Origin: Phycisphaerae bacterium
GTDB taxonomy: Bacteria; Planctomycetota; Phycisphaerae; UBA1845; Fen-1342
Direction of reading: 5' to 3'
NCBI GenBank assembly: GCA_033764195.1
Contig: JANRJD010000032.1
Span: 362,262-426,261, forward strand
Length of the DNA stretch: 64,000 bases
Positions 18,209 to 31,257 of this stretch are shown here, piece after piece; the stretch's first letter is position 1; each line of letters starts with the position of its first letter. The position numbers and the translations under genes are program-made. The notes beneath the pieces are model-generated. The model had not been told where the DNA came from. It saw nothing but the letters and a program-made list of their open reading frames with translations, and did not search any database.

Positions 18209-18772
18209 ATGCCTCGTCTCACCCGTATCTACACCCGCACCGGCGACGACGGCACGACCGGACTCGGGACGGGCACGCGCGTGCCGAAGACTTCGCAACG
18301 CATCTGCGCCTATGGAACGCTGGACGAGCTGAACTCGCAGCTTGGCGTCGCGCTGGCGAGCGGCCTCGTCGCGGACTTGATGGCGCCGATGCGGCGCGTG
18401 CAGAACGAGCTGTTTCACGCCGGGTCTGATCTATGCGTGCCCGAAGCGGACAAGGCGACGATGCCCGTGCCCAAGATCGAGCAGCGGCACATCGACGGGC
18501 TTGAGGCGCTGATCGATCGTCTGAATGAGAGCATGCCCGCGCTGGAGAATTTCATCTTGCCCGGCGGAACGCTCGGGGCGGCGCAGCTTCATGTCGCGCG
18601 CACGGTCTGTCGCCGGGCGGAGCGCGAGGTCCTGCTGCTGGCGGAGCGCGAGCCGGTGGGCGAGCACATTGTGGCCTATTTGAACCGCTTGTCCGACGCG
18701 CTGTTTGTCTGTGCGCGCTATCAGAATGCGAAGTCGGGCGTCGCCGACCCGACCTGGGACTCGCGGGCGTGA
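18209..18772 (+). CDS. ATP:cob(I)alamin adenosyltransferase, PduO/MMAB type
   Basis: N-terminus [19 protein letters not shown], with a conserved PduO-type fold throughout. Confidence 0.85.
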   Translation: MPRLTRIYTRTGDDGTTGLGTGTRVPKTSQRICAYGTLDELNSQLGVALASGLVADLMAPMRRVQNELFHAGSDLCVPEADKATMPVPKIEQRHIDGLEALIDRLNESMPALENFILPGGTLGAAQLHVARTVCRRAEREVLLLAEREPVGEHIVAYLNRLSDALFVCARYQNAKSGVADPTWDSRA

Positions 18773-18960
18773 GGGGCGGAGGCGACGGGGCCACGGAGCC
18801 GCCAAGCGACGGAGACGAAGAGCCGCAGGGTTCAGTCTGCGCGGTCGTCCGCCCGCGGCGCCGCTTGCGCTCGTCGCAGCCATTGGTCCGGCTTCTGCTT
18901 CAGATTGCGATCGGAATCGCATGTTTGCCGATCTTTGCTGCCGCATCGGAGGATTCGTCC

Positions 18961-21246
<2,286 letters not shown>

Positions 21247-21299
21247 CGCACCGCTCTGCGTTGCGCGAGCGCAAGTTGGAAATGTGAATGTCGAAAACG

Positions 21300-21318
21300 A
21301 ACAAGGCGGCGCCTTGTT
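21300..21318. terminator. Bidirectional terminator hairpin AACAAGGC-ggc-GCCTTGTT between convergent genes
   Basis: 8-bp perfect stem with a 3-nt loop. A second small palindrome TTGCGCgaGCGCAA lies at 21261-21274. Confidence 0.4.
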
Positions 21319-21396
21319 CTCCGGCGTCACTCCGCCCCACGAACCCCTTCTGCATTCTTCATTCTGCATTCTGCATTTTTGCCTGCAACTCGCCAT

Positions 21397-22134
21397 TCAC
21401 CCCGTCACCACATTCTCTCCCACCTTCAATCGCTGCCCCGCTCGATCGCCATAGACCTCGCTGGTCGGTGCATCTCGCAGGACGCGGCCGTCGCGCATCT
21501 GCACCACACGGCGGGCCTGCATCGCGACATCGGGTTCGTGGGTGACGAGCACGATCGTCACGCCCTGCTCATTCAGATGGTGAAACACGCCCATGATCTG
21601 CTCGCCGGTGCGCGAGTCGAGATTTCCAGTCGGTTCGTCGGCCAGGACGAGCGAGGGCTTGTTCACGATTGCGCGGGCGATGGCGACTCGTTGTCGCTCA
21701 CCGCCGGAGAGCTCGTTGGGGTTGTGATGGGCCCGCTTCTCCAGGCCGACGCGGGTTAGCGCCTCCATGGCGAGCCCGCGCGTGCCGAGTTTGCGGGCAT
21801 AGAAGAGCGGCACCGCAACATTTTCGATCGCCGAGGTGCGCTGAATGAGGTTAAACGTCTGAAAGACGAAGCCGATTTCGCGATTGCGGATGATCGCCAG
21901 CTCGCGATCGCTCATGCGGCTGACATCGCGGCCGTTGAGGATGTAGGAGCCGCGGGTAGGGCGGTCGAGGCAGCCGATGAGGTGCATCATCGTGCTCTTG
22001 CCGCTGCCCGAAGCGCCCGTGATGGCGACAAACTCGCCGCGCTCGATGTCGAGGTCCACGCCGTTCAGGGCGTTCACCGTCACCGGCCCCATTTTGTATT
22101 CTTTGGCGAGTCCGCGGATTTCGATCAGCGCCAT
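21397..22134 (-). CDS. ABC transporter ATP-binding protein (MacB/LolD-like ATPase, no fused permease)
   Basis: Walker [13 protein letters not shown] signature [14 protein letters not shown] and Walker [13 protein letters not shown]. Confidence 0.9.
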   Translation of the reverse strand: MALIEIRGLAKEYKMGPVTVNALNGVDLDIERGEFVAITGASGSGKSTMMHLIGCLDRPTRGSYILNGRDVSRMSDRELAIIRNREIGFVFQTFNLIQRTSAIENVAVPLFYARKLGTRGLAMEALTRVGLEKRAHHNPNELSGGERQRVAIARAIVNKPSLVLADEPTGNLDSRTGEQIMGVFHHLNEQGVTIVLVTHEPDVAMQARRVVQMRDGRVLRDAPTSEVYGDRAGQRLKVGENVVTG

Positions 22135-22170
22135 GACAGGCTCCGGTCGCGCGCGTTCCTGCCGGTGGAG

Positions 22171-23547
22171 CTAGTCGTCATCGCCATCTTCTTCCGGCGG
22201 CAGCTTGGTGTAGACCTTGTCCGCCTCGGTCAGCTTTTCGTCGCCAAGTGTGCGGACGATTTCCGTGAATTCGCCGTCGGTGATGCCGAACTGACACGGC
22301 ACGAACCGTTTGCCGGCCTGGTCCGCCGAGCCGGGCGGCGGCGGCGTCTTCACCCAAACACCCTTCTGCCCGCTCTCGGCCTTTACCGCCTCACTGGGCA
22401 CGCGCATCACGCCGCTGGCGCTTTCGACGGTGAACTCGACCTGGGCCTGCGAGCCGAGCGGGAGCTTGTAGGCCTCAGGGTCGGTCACTTCGACATAAAC
22501 GTCATACTGAATGATCGACGAGCCGACGTTCAGCTTGCCTTGCGGCTCGACCCGCAGGATGCGGCCTTTGAAGCGCTTCTCGGTGAACGCGTCGACATTG
22601 AGCAGCACATCGCCCGTTCGGGACTTCAGGCGCTCCGCCTCCGCTTCGGCCGCTTCGCGCAGGCCCGGCATCTCGGGCATCGAATCCACCGGGGAAATAT
22701 CGAGCACGCGGCCATAATCCGATTCGTCCACGCGCGCGATGACGATCTTCTTGGCAACGTCGGCCACGGTGGCGACGACGGTACCGCCGGTCAGGCTCTG
22801 CGTACCGGACTGGACGACGTTTCCGACCTCGATTTTGATGGTGGCGACGATGCCGTCTTGCGGGGCGCGAATGGTCGTTTCTTCCAGCCGCTCCTTCGCA
22901 TCGCCCAGCGTCGTCTCGGCGCTCTTGAGCAGTTGTTCCTGAATCTGCTTGTTGTTCTCGGCGTCGGCCACCGCGACGGTTTGAGAGATCAGTTGCTGCT
23001 TGGCGCGATCCAGACTCGCCGCGGCAATCGTGACCTGGCTCTTCGCGGTGATGACTTCAAACGGACTGGATCCCCCGAGTCCGGCACGCTTTTCGATGTT
23101 TTCGTAGTCGGCTTTTCGGACTTCGAGCGTCGCTTCCGCTTCGATGATCGCCGCGTTGGCGATCGCGACATTCGCCTTCGCCGTCTCGATGGCGTTCGCG
23201 GCCTGGCGCACCTGCAACCTGAGGCGATCGACGTCAGTTTGCGCGCGATCCACGCTGCGCTGCTCATCTTCCGGATCAAGCTTGACGAGCGGGTCGCCTT
23301 GCTTGACGTAGCGACCCGCCACGACCGGAATCTCGATCACGCGGCCCGACGCTTCGGGCTTGATCTCAATGTCCTGATTCGGCCGAATCAGCCCCGACGC
23401 CGTAATCGGCACACGGATGTCGCCGCGCGTGACGTCGCCGAATTTCGGCTGCTGCCACGGCGCGGGCATGCGGACATTGGTGCGGACGTAGTACCAGCCG
23501 AAGCCCCCGATCAGAAGGAACACCAGCAACAGCAACCACTTGTTCAT
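22171..23547 (-). CDS. HlyD/MacA-family periplasmic adaptor (membrane fusion protein)
   Basis: N-terminal TM segment, long coiled-coil with alanine-rich heptads, and beta-barrel segments. It is directly upstream of the ABC ATPase on the same strand. Confidence 0.8.
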   Translation of the reverse strand: MNKWLLLLVFLLIGGFGWYYVRTNVRMPAPWQQPKFGDVTRGDIRVPITASGLIRPNQDIEIKPEASGRVIEIPVVAGRYVKQGDPLVKLDPEDEQRSVDRAQTDVDRLRLQVRQAANAIETAKANVAIANAAIIEAEATLEVRKADYENIEKRAGLGGSSPFEVITAKSQVTIAAASLDRAKQQLISQTVAVADAENNKQIQEQLLKSAETTLGDAKERLEETTIRAPQDGIVATIKIEVGNVVQSGTQSLTGGTVVATVADVAKKIVIARVDESDYGRVLDISPVDSMPEMPGLREAAEAEAERLKSRTGDVLLNVDAFTEKRFKGRILRVEPQGKLNVGSSIIQYDVYVEVTDPEAYKLPLGSQAQVEFTVESASGVMRVPSEAVKAESGQKGVWVKTPPPPGSADQAGKRFVPCQFGITDGEFTEIVRTLGDEKLTEADKVYTKLPPEEDGDDD

Positions 23548-23814
23548 GCAGCTCCCGAAGTCGCTCGAAGTCGGTCAAGGCGATAGCGGAAAGTCTGTTC
23601 GAATCACGCCGGGGAAATGCGGCCACTCTGCCCGCACGAAATCCGCTCAATAAAGGTTACGCCGATCGCGCCGCTGCCGGGGACGGCGGGACAAAAACTG
23701 ACAATCCCAGCGGCGGCGGCGGCGAGTTTGGAGGTGCGAGTGCAGAGTGTCGAGTTCAAGAGGCGGCGCTATGGCGTTTTCTTCAACTCATAACTCTGCA
23801 CCCGCAACTCGAAA

Positions 23815-24921
23815 CTACGCCGTCCACGGCGTGTAAGGCAGCTCAAACGCCTCCGCCACGGGCTTATACGTCACCTTGCCGTGGGCCATGTTGATGCCCA
23901 GCGCGAAGCCGGGGTCGGCGGCGCAGGCCTTCTGATAGCCCTCGTTGGCAAGCTTCAGCAGATACGAAATCGTGGCGTTTGTCAGGCCGAACGTGCTCGT
24001 ACGCCCCACCGCGCCCGGCATGTTCGCCACGCCGTAGTGGACGATGCCGTCGACGACATAGGTCGGGCTCGAGTGCGTCGTCGGCTTGATCGTCTCGACG
24101 CAGCCGCCCTGATCGACCGCCACATCGACGATCACCGCGCCGTGTTTCATGAGCGTCAGGTAGTTCTTCGGCACGAGCTTGGGCGCCTTCGCGCCCGGCA
24201 CCAGCACCGCGCCGACGACCAGATCCGCCTCGGCCAGATGTCGACGAATCGCCTCGGGCGTGCTGTAAAGCGTGGTCACGTTGGCGGGCATCACGTCGTC
24301 GAGATAGCGCAGGCGGTCGAGGTTCGTATCGAGAATGAACACATTCGCGCCCAAGCCGGCCGCGACCTTGGCCGCCGCCGTGCCGACCACACCGCCGCCG
24401 ATGATCAGTACGTTGGCCGGCTCGACGCCGGGAATGCCGCCGAGCAGGATGCCGCGGCCCTCCATCGGCTTTTCGAGATACTTCGCGCCTTCCTGAATGC
24501 TCATCTTGCCGGCGACTTCGCTCATCGGCGTCAGCAGCGGCAGGCGACCGGTCTTGTCCTCGATCGTCTCATACGCGATCGCGACGCAGCCTGAATTGAG
24601 GCAGCCGACCGTCAGCTCGCGGCTGGCGGCGAAGTGGAAATAGGTGAAGACCACCTGCCCCTTACGGATGTGCTTGATCTCCTGAGCGAGGGGCTCCTTC
24701 ACTTTGCAGATCAGGTCGGCACGGGCCCAGACCTCGTCCGCCGAGGCGACGATCTCGGCCCCCAGCGCCGCGTATTCGTCGTCGACCATGCCCGACCCCA
24801 CGCCCGCGCCGCGCTGCACCAGCACCGTATGCCCGGAACGACGCAATTGCTCTACGCCCGCCGGCACGACGGCGACGCGATACTCATCCGACTTCACTTC
24901 CTTGGGCACGCCGATGACCAT
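23815..24921 (-). CDS. ald: Alanine dehydrogenase
   Basis: MVIGVPKEVKSDEYRVAVVPAGV... and NAD-binding GGGVVGTAAAKVAAGLGANV. The start was moved to M22 of the track ORF, and the ATG at 24919-24921 was verified. Confidence 0.9.
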   Translation of the reverse strand: MVIGVPKEVKSDEYRVAVVPAGVEQLRRSGHTVLVQRGAGVGSGMVDDEYAALGAEIVASADEVWARADLICKVKEPLAQEIKHIRKGQVVFTYFHFAASRELTVGCLNSGCVAIAYETIEDKTGRLPLLTPMSEVAGKMSIQEGAKYLEKPMEGRGILLGGIPGVEPANVLIIGGGVVGTAAAKVAAGLGANVFILDTNLDRLRYLDDVMPANVTTLYSTPEAIRRHLAEADLVVGAVLVPGAKAPKLVPKNYLTLMKHGAVIVDVAVDQGGCVETIKPTTHSSPTYVVDGIVHYGVANMPGAVGRTSTFGLTNATISYLLKLANEGYQKACAADPGFALGINMAHGKVTYKPVAEAFELPYTPWTA

Positions 24922-25096
24922 GAACGATCTCTCCGCTGGGACTTCGTTGTTTACGCCGAAACTGGAGCGGATAGTAACGCGCATCGCAGCGCTGGTGGCA
25001 TACCAGCGCCCTTTGCGATGTCGTTCGCGGGCGAGCCCCCGCGGCGAGCGAACCGGAGCAACGGGCCGGGCCGATCACCCGCGCCGCGCAGCGCCG

Positions 25097-26344
25097 CTAA
25101 CCGCCCAGCAGCCGCTCTGCACCGCGGACGGCCAGCAGCGCCACCAACCCGTGGCCGCAACCCAGTCCCTCGGGCAGCGAAAACTCGAGGTTGCGCAAGA
25201 CGCAGGCGACCTGTGGCCCCATGACGCTTGCCCAAAAATCGACCACCGGAAATCGATCAGCGTTGCGATAGAGCCACGCGAGCATGCGCAGGTCGTCGGC
25301 CAACACGCCGGAAGCCGATTCGATCGCGCTCCGGACCGCCGCGTCATCGTGATCCATGAGCGATCTCGCGAGGCGGACGACGGCGTTCCAATCGCGACAG
25401 TAGCCGTCGATCCGCGCCGCCTGCGCCGCGTGCGTCAATCGAAAGCTGTCGAGCATCGGCAAGTCGACGATCAGATTCGATAAGTCGGAGCGATAGTCCT
25501 GGTGAAACAGTTGGTTGATCAACGATCGGTAGGGGCGCGGGGTGGCGTTGAAGGTGCCCATCTCCATGTGCCGGCCGATCAGGATCGACCGGTCGCGCAG
25601 ATCGCAGACTCGAACCGCGATGCCGGCTTGCTCGCTGGCGCGCGTGGCGACGCGGCGAACGTCGTCGCCGCTCCAGAACGTGCAGCGAAATCGTTCCACT
25701 TCGTCCACCGCTGACTGGTCGACCAGATACCCCATGTGGTACTCCAGATACTCGCCGCTGCCGCGCGACCAGTACTTGGGCCACTCGGGCGAGAAGCGAC
25801 CCAGCAAATCGAGCACGACAAACGCGGGGCGCGATGCGTGTCGCGCGATGTCCCCGATCAGTCGCGTCAGTTCGCCTTCGCTCAGGTGCGAGAAAGATCC
25901 GTAGGACGAGTAATACAGGTCGAAACTCGGCTCATCGGCGAGAGGAAAGCCGCGGGAGAGGTCGGCTTGTTCGAAACGCACATACGGGCGATCGGCGAAG
26001 TTGCGCCGTCCCTGTGTGACCATGCCCGCTGAGATATCGACGCCGGTATAGCACTCGAGGTCATCTTCGATGGCCACAAAGGTGCGATCGCGCTGGCGAA
26101 CGGCGTTGGTCACCGGGACGTGAGTGATCAGATGAAGCCCTTCACCCGCGCCGCAGCCGAGGTCCACCACGCGCAGCTTGGGGGATTGGCGAAGCAGCGC
26201 TTCGAGTGCCGGGCGCAGGGTCAGCTTGGTGCACGTGTCCTCCCAGAATTTTCGGGTGTAGTCCTTCTTGCCGTGCAGGCCGCTCTCGTCGCGGCCGTAA
26301 AACCCCATCGCCACTGCCGCATCGTAAAACTCGGTTTTTGCCAC
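25097..26344 (-). CDS. Class I SAM-dependent methyltransferase domain protein with long C-terminal extension
   Basis: SAM-binding motif I VVDLGCGAGEG and the downstream acidic motif YTGVDIS. Confidence 0.65.
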   Translation of the reverse strand: MAKTEFYDAAVAMGFYGRDESGLHGKKDYTRKFWEDTCTKLTLRPALEALLRQSPKLRVVDLGCGAGEGLHLITHVPVTNAVRQRDRTFVAIEDDLECYTGVDISAGMVTQGRRNFADRPYVRFEQADLSRGFPLADEPSFDLYYSSYGSFSHLSEGELTRLIGDIARHASRPAFVVLDLLGRFSPEWPKYWSRGSGEYLEYHMGYLVDQSAVDEVERFRCTFWSGDDVRRVATRASEQAGIAVRVCDLRDRSILIGRHMEMGTFNATPRPYRSLINQLFHQDYRSDLSNLIVDLPMLDSFRLTHAAQAARIDGYCRDWNAVVRLARSLMDHDDAAVRSAIESASGVLADDLRMLAWLYRNADRFPVVDFWASVMGPQVACVLRNLEFSLPEGLGCGHGLVALLAVRGAERLLGG

Positions 26345-26662
26345 CGGCGTTCCTTTCTTGATCTTGCGTTCACGTCAAAACGCTGCGTCTCTCGCCGCGT
26401 CCGCTGGAAAGCGCGACGACCACCCGGGGCCCCGAGCGCGGTGGACCGCGCGGAAGGAGCCTCAGGATCGAGCAAACGCAGAACGGCCCCGCATCGCCTG
26501 ACGAGTCGATGTGGGGTTGGAAAAAGTTGTGTTGAGCGTGTGAAAACGCTTAGGGAGGAGGCTTGGGCCGCATGGCGGAAACTCCAGCAAGTGCCTGCGA
26601 GGTTAGCTGACGGGCTCGCGGTGCTTGATCCGCGTTCGGCGACATCGCCGAATTCGCCCCGG

Positions 26663-26691
26663 CGTCGCGAGCAGTCAATTTGCTCGCGACG
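26663..26691. terminator. Hairpin CGTCGCGAGCA-gtcaatt-TGCTCGCGACG downstream of the glycosidase gene
   Basis: 11-bp perfect stem. Confidence 0.3.
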
Positions 26692-26869
26692 CAGTTGGGT
26701 TCCCCGCCGCCATCAGATGGTGATCCGATGGCGTTCGGCTGCTTCAGCAAACCGATAGTACTCGCCAACCAGATGTCGGCGACAGAAATCTGACAAAAAC
26801 GGACCTGCGAGATACGCCGGGACTCAACGCGATGCTCGGCAATGACACCTAGCCACTTGGCCGTACTCG

Positions 26870-29800
26870 TTAGTCGAGTTTCGACGTGATGCCCGGCAAC
26901 GGGCGACCATCCATCGTCTCCACGTGTACGCCAAAGCCCCAGTCGCCCGTGCCCTGATCGATTCGCAGGACGAGCGCGTTGCGGCCTTGCTTGAGTTGAA
27001 TCGGCGCTCGGTCAGAGCGCGACGTGTACGGCCGGCCGACGATCTTCTGATAGACCTGCGCGCCGTTGAGCCAGATGGTCACGCCGTCATCGCTGCCGAG
27101 GGCGAGCTGTGCGGGTTGCGCTGCGGGCGCGTCGATGAAGACGACGCAATAGGCGCAAGCGCTGTCGGGCCGCCAGCCGAAGACATCGCGGAAATTCACG
27201 AAGAACTCGCTGGTGAGATCCGTTGTCGCGTCCACCTTCCGCACGGTGCGATGCCACTGCGCCGGCTTGCCGTCTCGGCCGGGCCAGGTCTGCGTCGTGT
27301 CGAGCTTCGTCAGTCCCGACATCGCCGAATCGTGCGTCTTTGCAGCGTCGGCCTCGAACGGGCCGGCGATCCACCAGCCGTTGATCGAAGGCAGGATCGA
27401 CTGCTCGACCGGAATCGTCGCCGTCCAGCGGCCCGCCGGATCGGCGCCGCCCTCGCGCGCGAGCTGGATCGCGGCCTGAATCGTCGTTGTCTGCGGCAGC
27501 GTGTCGCCAGTTTGTGGGATAACGAGGCTCGCCGAGTCGATCGCGACGCGATGGACGCCGACGGTCTTGTCGTCGGACCGTTCGAACTTGGCGGCGGCGC
27601 CGGCGGGCTCAAACGTCACGGCGAGCTTGTTGGGAGTATCCGCCGCAGCCGCAGGCGCGACGCCGACAACGAGGTCGAGGCCGGGCTTCTCGCCGCCGCG
27701 GAATTCGAACTCGGTCGTCAGGCCGAGGCGCGAAGTCAGCTCAAGCCGCGCGGTACTCGCCGAAGCTGCTTCGGCTGCCGATGTGCTTGCCTGAACGAGT
27801 TCGCCGATCGGCCGCCCGGCTGCTGCCTCGAATTGATAAAGGCCCGCCGCTCGCGTCACGCGCAGTTCGTTGTAGTGCTCGGCGTTGGCCGAGGGCGTCA
27901 TGACGGTGCAGGTGCGCGAAGCGTCGTCATAAAGCGAGATCGCCACCGGCTTTCCTTCGCCGCCGCCGGTGGCCCCCGAAAACCATTCCACTTCGTCGGG
28001 CTTGGCGATGCCGTGAATGACGTATTCGACCGAACGCTCCGCAGGCAGTCCGACAACTTTGCCAAGCCGAGGAGCCACTTGGATCGTGAGCGCGTTGTCT
28101 GTGCTTTCCAGGATGCGCAGAGTCGTCAGCGCCTCTCCAACGGACGGATCCGGAACGGAGACGCCGTCGTCTTCAAACAGAAAATCCATGCCGGCCTTGC
28201 CGGGGACGACGTGAGCCGCAATCGAGGCGCCGGCTGTCGTGTTCGGCTGTGATTTGATGCCCGGCCGTGCGCGACGCGTGACATCCATCGGAATCACCGA
28301 CCCTGCCCGCGCAAAGAGCGGAATCTGCTGGAGCGGCGTGGGCAGACGCAGTTCCTGCGGCCCCGTGAAGCGCTGGCCCGTAAACCAATGCACCCATGTG
28401 CCGGGCGGAATCCAAACCTTCGCGGTCGCGCAGCCCGTGAAAGCGTTGCGCGGCGCGGTGATCGGCGCGCAAAGCAAATCATCGCCAAGCATGTATTCGT
28501 GCGTGTAGCTATAGGCTTCCTCAATGTTCGGCCACTCGTAGTACATCGGCCGACAGAGCGGCATGCCGCTGCCGTAGCATTGCCGTGCTGCCGTATACAG
28601 ATAAGGAATCAACTCATAGCGCAGCAGCCACGCATCGCGCATGGCCTCGAAGTACTCCTTAGGAAATTCCCAGATTCTGCGCTCCGCGAGCGGATTCTTC
28701 GTGGTGTGTGTGCGAAGGACCGGGCTCAGAATGCCCCACTGAATCCAGCGCGTATACAGCTCCGGCTCGACCGGCCCCGGCTGATGGCCGCCGATGTCGT
28801 GGCTCCAATAGGCATAGCCCACGTTGCCGGCGGTCGCGGTGAAGTAGGGCTGAAATGCGAGCGACGGCCAATCGCAGAACGTGTCGCCGGAGAAACCGAC
28901 CTGATAGCGATGGTTGCCGAGCCCGCCCCAACGCGAGAAGAGGATCGGTCGGGTCTTGTTGCGAGCCGGGTTCTGGGTCCAATCTTCCCAATGCAGATGA
29001 TTGAGCCACGGTAGGGGATCGAGGCCGGCCATGCCGCTGTCGACGCCCTGCTGCCAGTCGATCCACCAGAAATCAACGCCGCGGGCCTCAAGCGGGCGAT
29101 GCAACAAATCGAAGTAGGCCCGCATGTACTTCTTGTCGATACAGGAGAAGGGCACACGATCGGTCGTCGCCGGATCGACGCCGACCGCCTTGCAAACATC
29201 TGCGAACGCGGCCTCATGCTTGCCGACGCCGTCCGCCGGATGGAGATTCAGCGTGACTTTCAGACCCTTCTCGCGACACCACTTCATGAAGCCATCGGGG
29301 TCGGGGAAATACTTGGGGTTGAACGTGTAGCCGGTCCAACCGTCGAGGTGCCAATCCATGTCGATGACGAGCACGTCGAGGGGTACGCCGTGAGCTTCGA
29401 ACTGGGCGACCAGTTCGCGAAGTTCGGCTTCGCTATACGCCCAATAGCGCGACCACCAGGCCCCAAAGGCCCAGCGCGGCGGCATGGGGATCCGTCCGCC
29501 GATGGAGATGAAATCACGCAGCGCGCCGGTGTAGTCTTTGCCAAAAACAAACAGATACCAATCGAGGGAAGCAGGATTGGTGCGCGGCGTGGCCCAGGGC
29601 CATTCCTCTCTCGTAAATAGAATTCGCTTCGAATCGTCGACGAAGCTCCAGCCGCTCCGCGTGAGGATGCCGGGCTCCATGTCCGCGGCCCCGGAGATTC
29701 CATCGAGCGTTCGATAGGTGCCGAGCAGGTTTTGCGGCGCCGGTTCACCGGTCTTCCAGCGGACTGGGCTCGGCGGCCCCGCGCCGTCGACGCCGAAGGG

Positions 29801-30199
29801 CGGGATCAGCAGATCGACTTGGAGGTTGTCGCTGTCAAAGGGCTTGCCGTTCGGTCGATAGAGCAAGTGAATGTGATCGGTCTTGAGCGATAGTGCGTCG
29901 CCCGCTTTCTCGACCGTGAATTTTGGCACGGGCAAGCGGCGATTGACGACGAAGTAGGAGGCGCGGTCTTCGAACGCGGACGTTGGCGACCATTCGAGAC
30001 GCATGAGCCCGTCGTTCAGGACGGTAAACCGCGCCTGACCGAGAGTAATGACGGCGGCGGGGTCGGCGACGGGGTTGTTTGATGGTTCAATCGCGGCCTG
30101 TGCGATTGCCGGTTGATTGAGTATGCAAACAGAAAGCCACAAAGTCGCGGCAAAAGCACCACAAAATCGGCGAAAATTGTGTTGACATGGTGCAAACAT
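26870..30199 (-). CDS. Secreted glycoside hydrolase, GH31-like (alpha-glucosidase/xylosidase-type) with C-terminal beta-sandwich/carbohydrate-binding-like domain
   Basis: Signal peptide present. PLDVLVIDMDWH resembles the GH31 DVxWxDxDYM segment, and FWWIDWQQG resembles the nucleophile region WIDMNE. The family call is by motif similarity only. Confidence 0.5.
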   Translation of the reverse strand: MFAPCQHNFRRFCGAFAATLWLSVCILNQPAIAQAAIEPSNNPVADPAAVITLGQARFTVLNDGLMRLEWSPTSAFEDRASYFVVNRRLPVPKFTVEKAGDALSLKTDHIHLLYRPNGKPFDSDNLQVDLLIPPFGVDGAGPPSPVRWKTGEPAPQNLLGTYRTLDGISGAADMEPGILTRSGWSFVDDSKRILFTREEWPWATPRTNPASLDWYLFVFGKDYTGALRDFISIGGRIPMPPRWAFGAWWSRYWAYSEAELRELVAQFEAHGVPLDVLVIDMDWHLDGWTGYTFNPKYFPDPDGFMKWCREKGLKVTLNLHPADGVGKHEAAFADVCKAVGVDPATTDRVPFSCIDKKYMRAYFDLLHRPLEARGVDFWWIDWQQGVDSGMAGLDPLPWLNHLHWEDWTQNPARNKTRPILFSRWGGLGNHRYQVGFSGDTFCDWPSLAFQPYFTATAGNVGYAYWSHDIGGHQPGPVEPELYTRWIQWGILSPVLRTHTTKNPLAERRIWEFPKEYFEAMRDAWLLRYELIPYLYTAARQCYGSGMPLCRPMYYEWPNIEEAYSYTHEYMLGDDLLCAPITAPRNAFTGCATAKVWIPPGTWVHWFTGQRFTGPQELRLPTPLQQIPLFARAGSVIPMDVTRRARPGIKSQPNTTAGASIAAHVVPGKAGMDFLFEDDGVSVPDPSVGEALTTLRILESTDNALTIQVAPRLGKVVGLPAERSVEYVIHGIAKPDEVEWFSGATGGGEGKPVAISLYDDASRTCTVMTPSANAEHYNELRVTRAAGLYQFEAAAGRPIGELVQASTSAAEAASASTARLELTSRLGLTTEFEFRGGEKPGLDLVVGVAPAAAADTPNKLAVTFEPAGAAAKFERSDDKTVGVHRVAIDSASLVIPQTGDTLPQTTTIQAAIQLAREGGADPAGRWTATIPVEQSILPSINGWWIAGPFEADAAKTHDSAMSGLTKLDTTQTWPGRDGKPAQWHRTVRKVDATTDLTSEFFVNFRDVFGWRPDSACAYCVVFIDAPAAQPAQLALGSDDGVTIWLNGAQVYQKIVGRPYTSRSDRAPIQLKQGRNALVLRIDQGTGDWGFGVHVETMDGRPLPGITSKLD

Positions 30200-30840
30200 G
30201 AGGTAGACTTCCTTTCACTTGGCGACGGGGGTGTCCCGCGCCGACATGGAACCATGACGTGAAAAGCGTAACTCACATTCGAACCGCCGGTCAATCGACC
30301 GCCCGACCGCTCGGAGTGGCCAATCTAGGGCCGATCTCCTGCGATTTTGGAGCGATAGACCGAGTGCGGCAGCCCGGCGCAGAAGCGCTTCACGCGAACG
30401 AAATGTTCGTGCGCGGGTCCGACCCTCCCTAATAGCTCAAATTCACCGAGTTTTCTCGGCGAAGAGCTCCGGAGGCGAAGGCCTTCGGAGCTCTTCTCGC
30501 TTTTGGCGATCTGAAACGCGGCCGGCAGGGCCGGCGACGGGGCCCGCGCGCGCTGACCCGGCGGGTGTTCCCGTAGGGACGGTTGGCGTCTGAAGAGCCG
30601 TGCATCGGACAGGTAAGGACCGGTCGAAATCCGGTTCCAGAGTAGTTTGCGTGAAACTGTTAGAAATTGATGGTGAATCATGATGGAAGTGGAAAAACTC
30701 ATTCGGGTGATGCTCGAATGGATCTGTAGGGAAGCAGTGAATTGGCTGTAGCGTTGCCGGCCAGCGGCGCGCCGTCTGCGGCTTTAAGGTCGTTCGGGCG
30801 GCGTGTTCCGGACATGGCATCGGAACGGTGCGTTACGGGC

Positions 30841-30913
30841 ACGTTGGTCGCTCAATTGGCAGAGCAACAGATATGTGAATCTGTGCGTGCGAGTTCGAAC
30901 CTCGCCCAACTCC
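30841..30913 (+). pseudogene. Degenerate tRNA-like element (intact D-arm and T-arm, defective acceptor and anticodon loop)
   Basis: The D-arm GCTCAATTGGCAGAGC and T-arm GCGAG-TTCGAAC-CTCGC are canonical. The anticodon stem ACAGA/TCTGT encloses an 8-nt loop. Only 5 of 7 acceptor pairs form and there is no CCA. It is probably a pseudo-tRNA or an att-site remnant. Confidence 0.35.
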
Positions 30914-31257
30914 CCCTCTCCAGGACGATCGCAAAATCGTCTTGAGAACCGCCGAAAGGCAACTGAATGCGAACCGGCGGCGCGATGGCGCCGCAAACCT
31001 GTCGCAATTTGTGGCTCGTGGTTTCGTCGAAGAGTGGTCGCGCCGCGGGTGTGGCTGCCGATCGCGACAAACCGCGGGTGATTGCGACAACGCTGCGCGA
31101 CTTTGCGAGTCCGCGATTTTCGCCTGCAAACGGCCCGTGCGGGGCGTCTGATGACGGGGAGGCATCAGACGCCCGGCGAGCCGGGAGTGTGCGAAGCGCG
31201 GAATCCCGTCGGCGACAACGGGGTCGACGGCGCGGTCGTCCGCCGGTTCGCGGTTTT

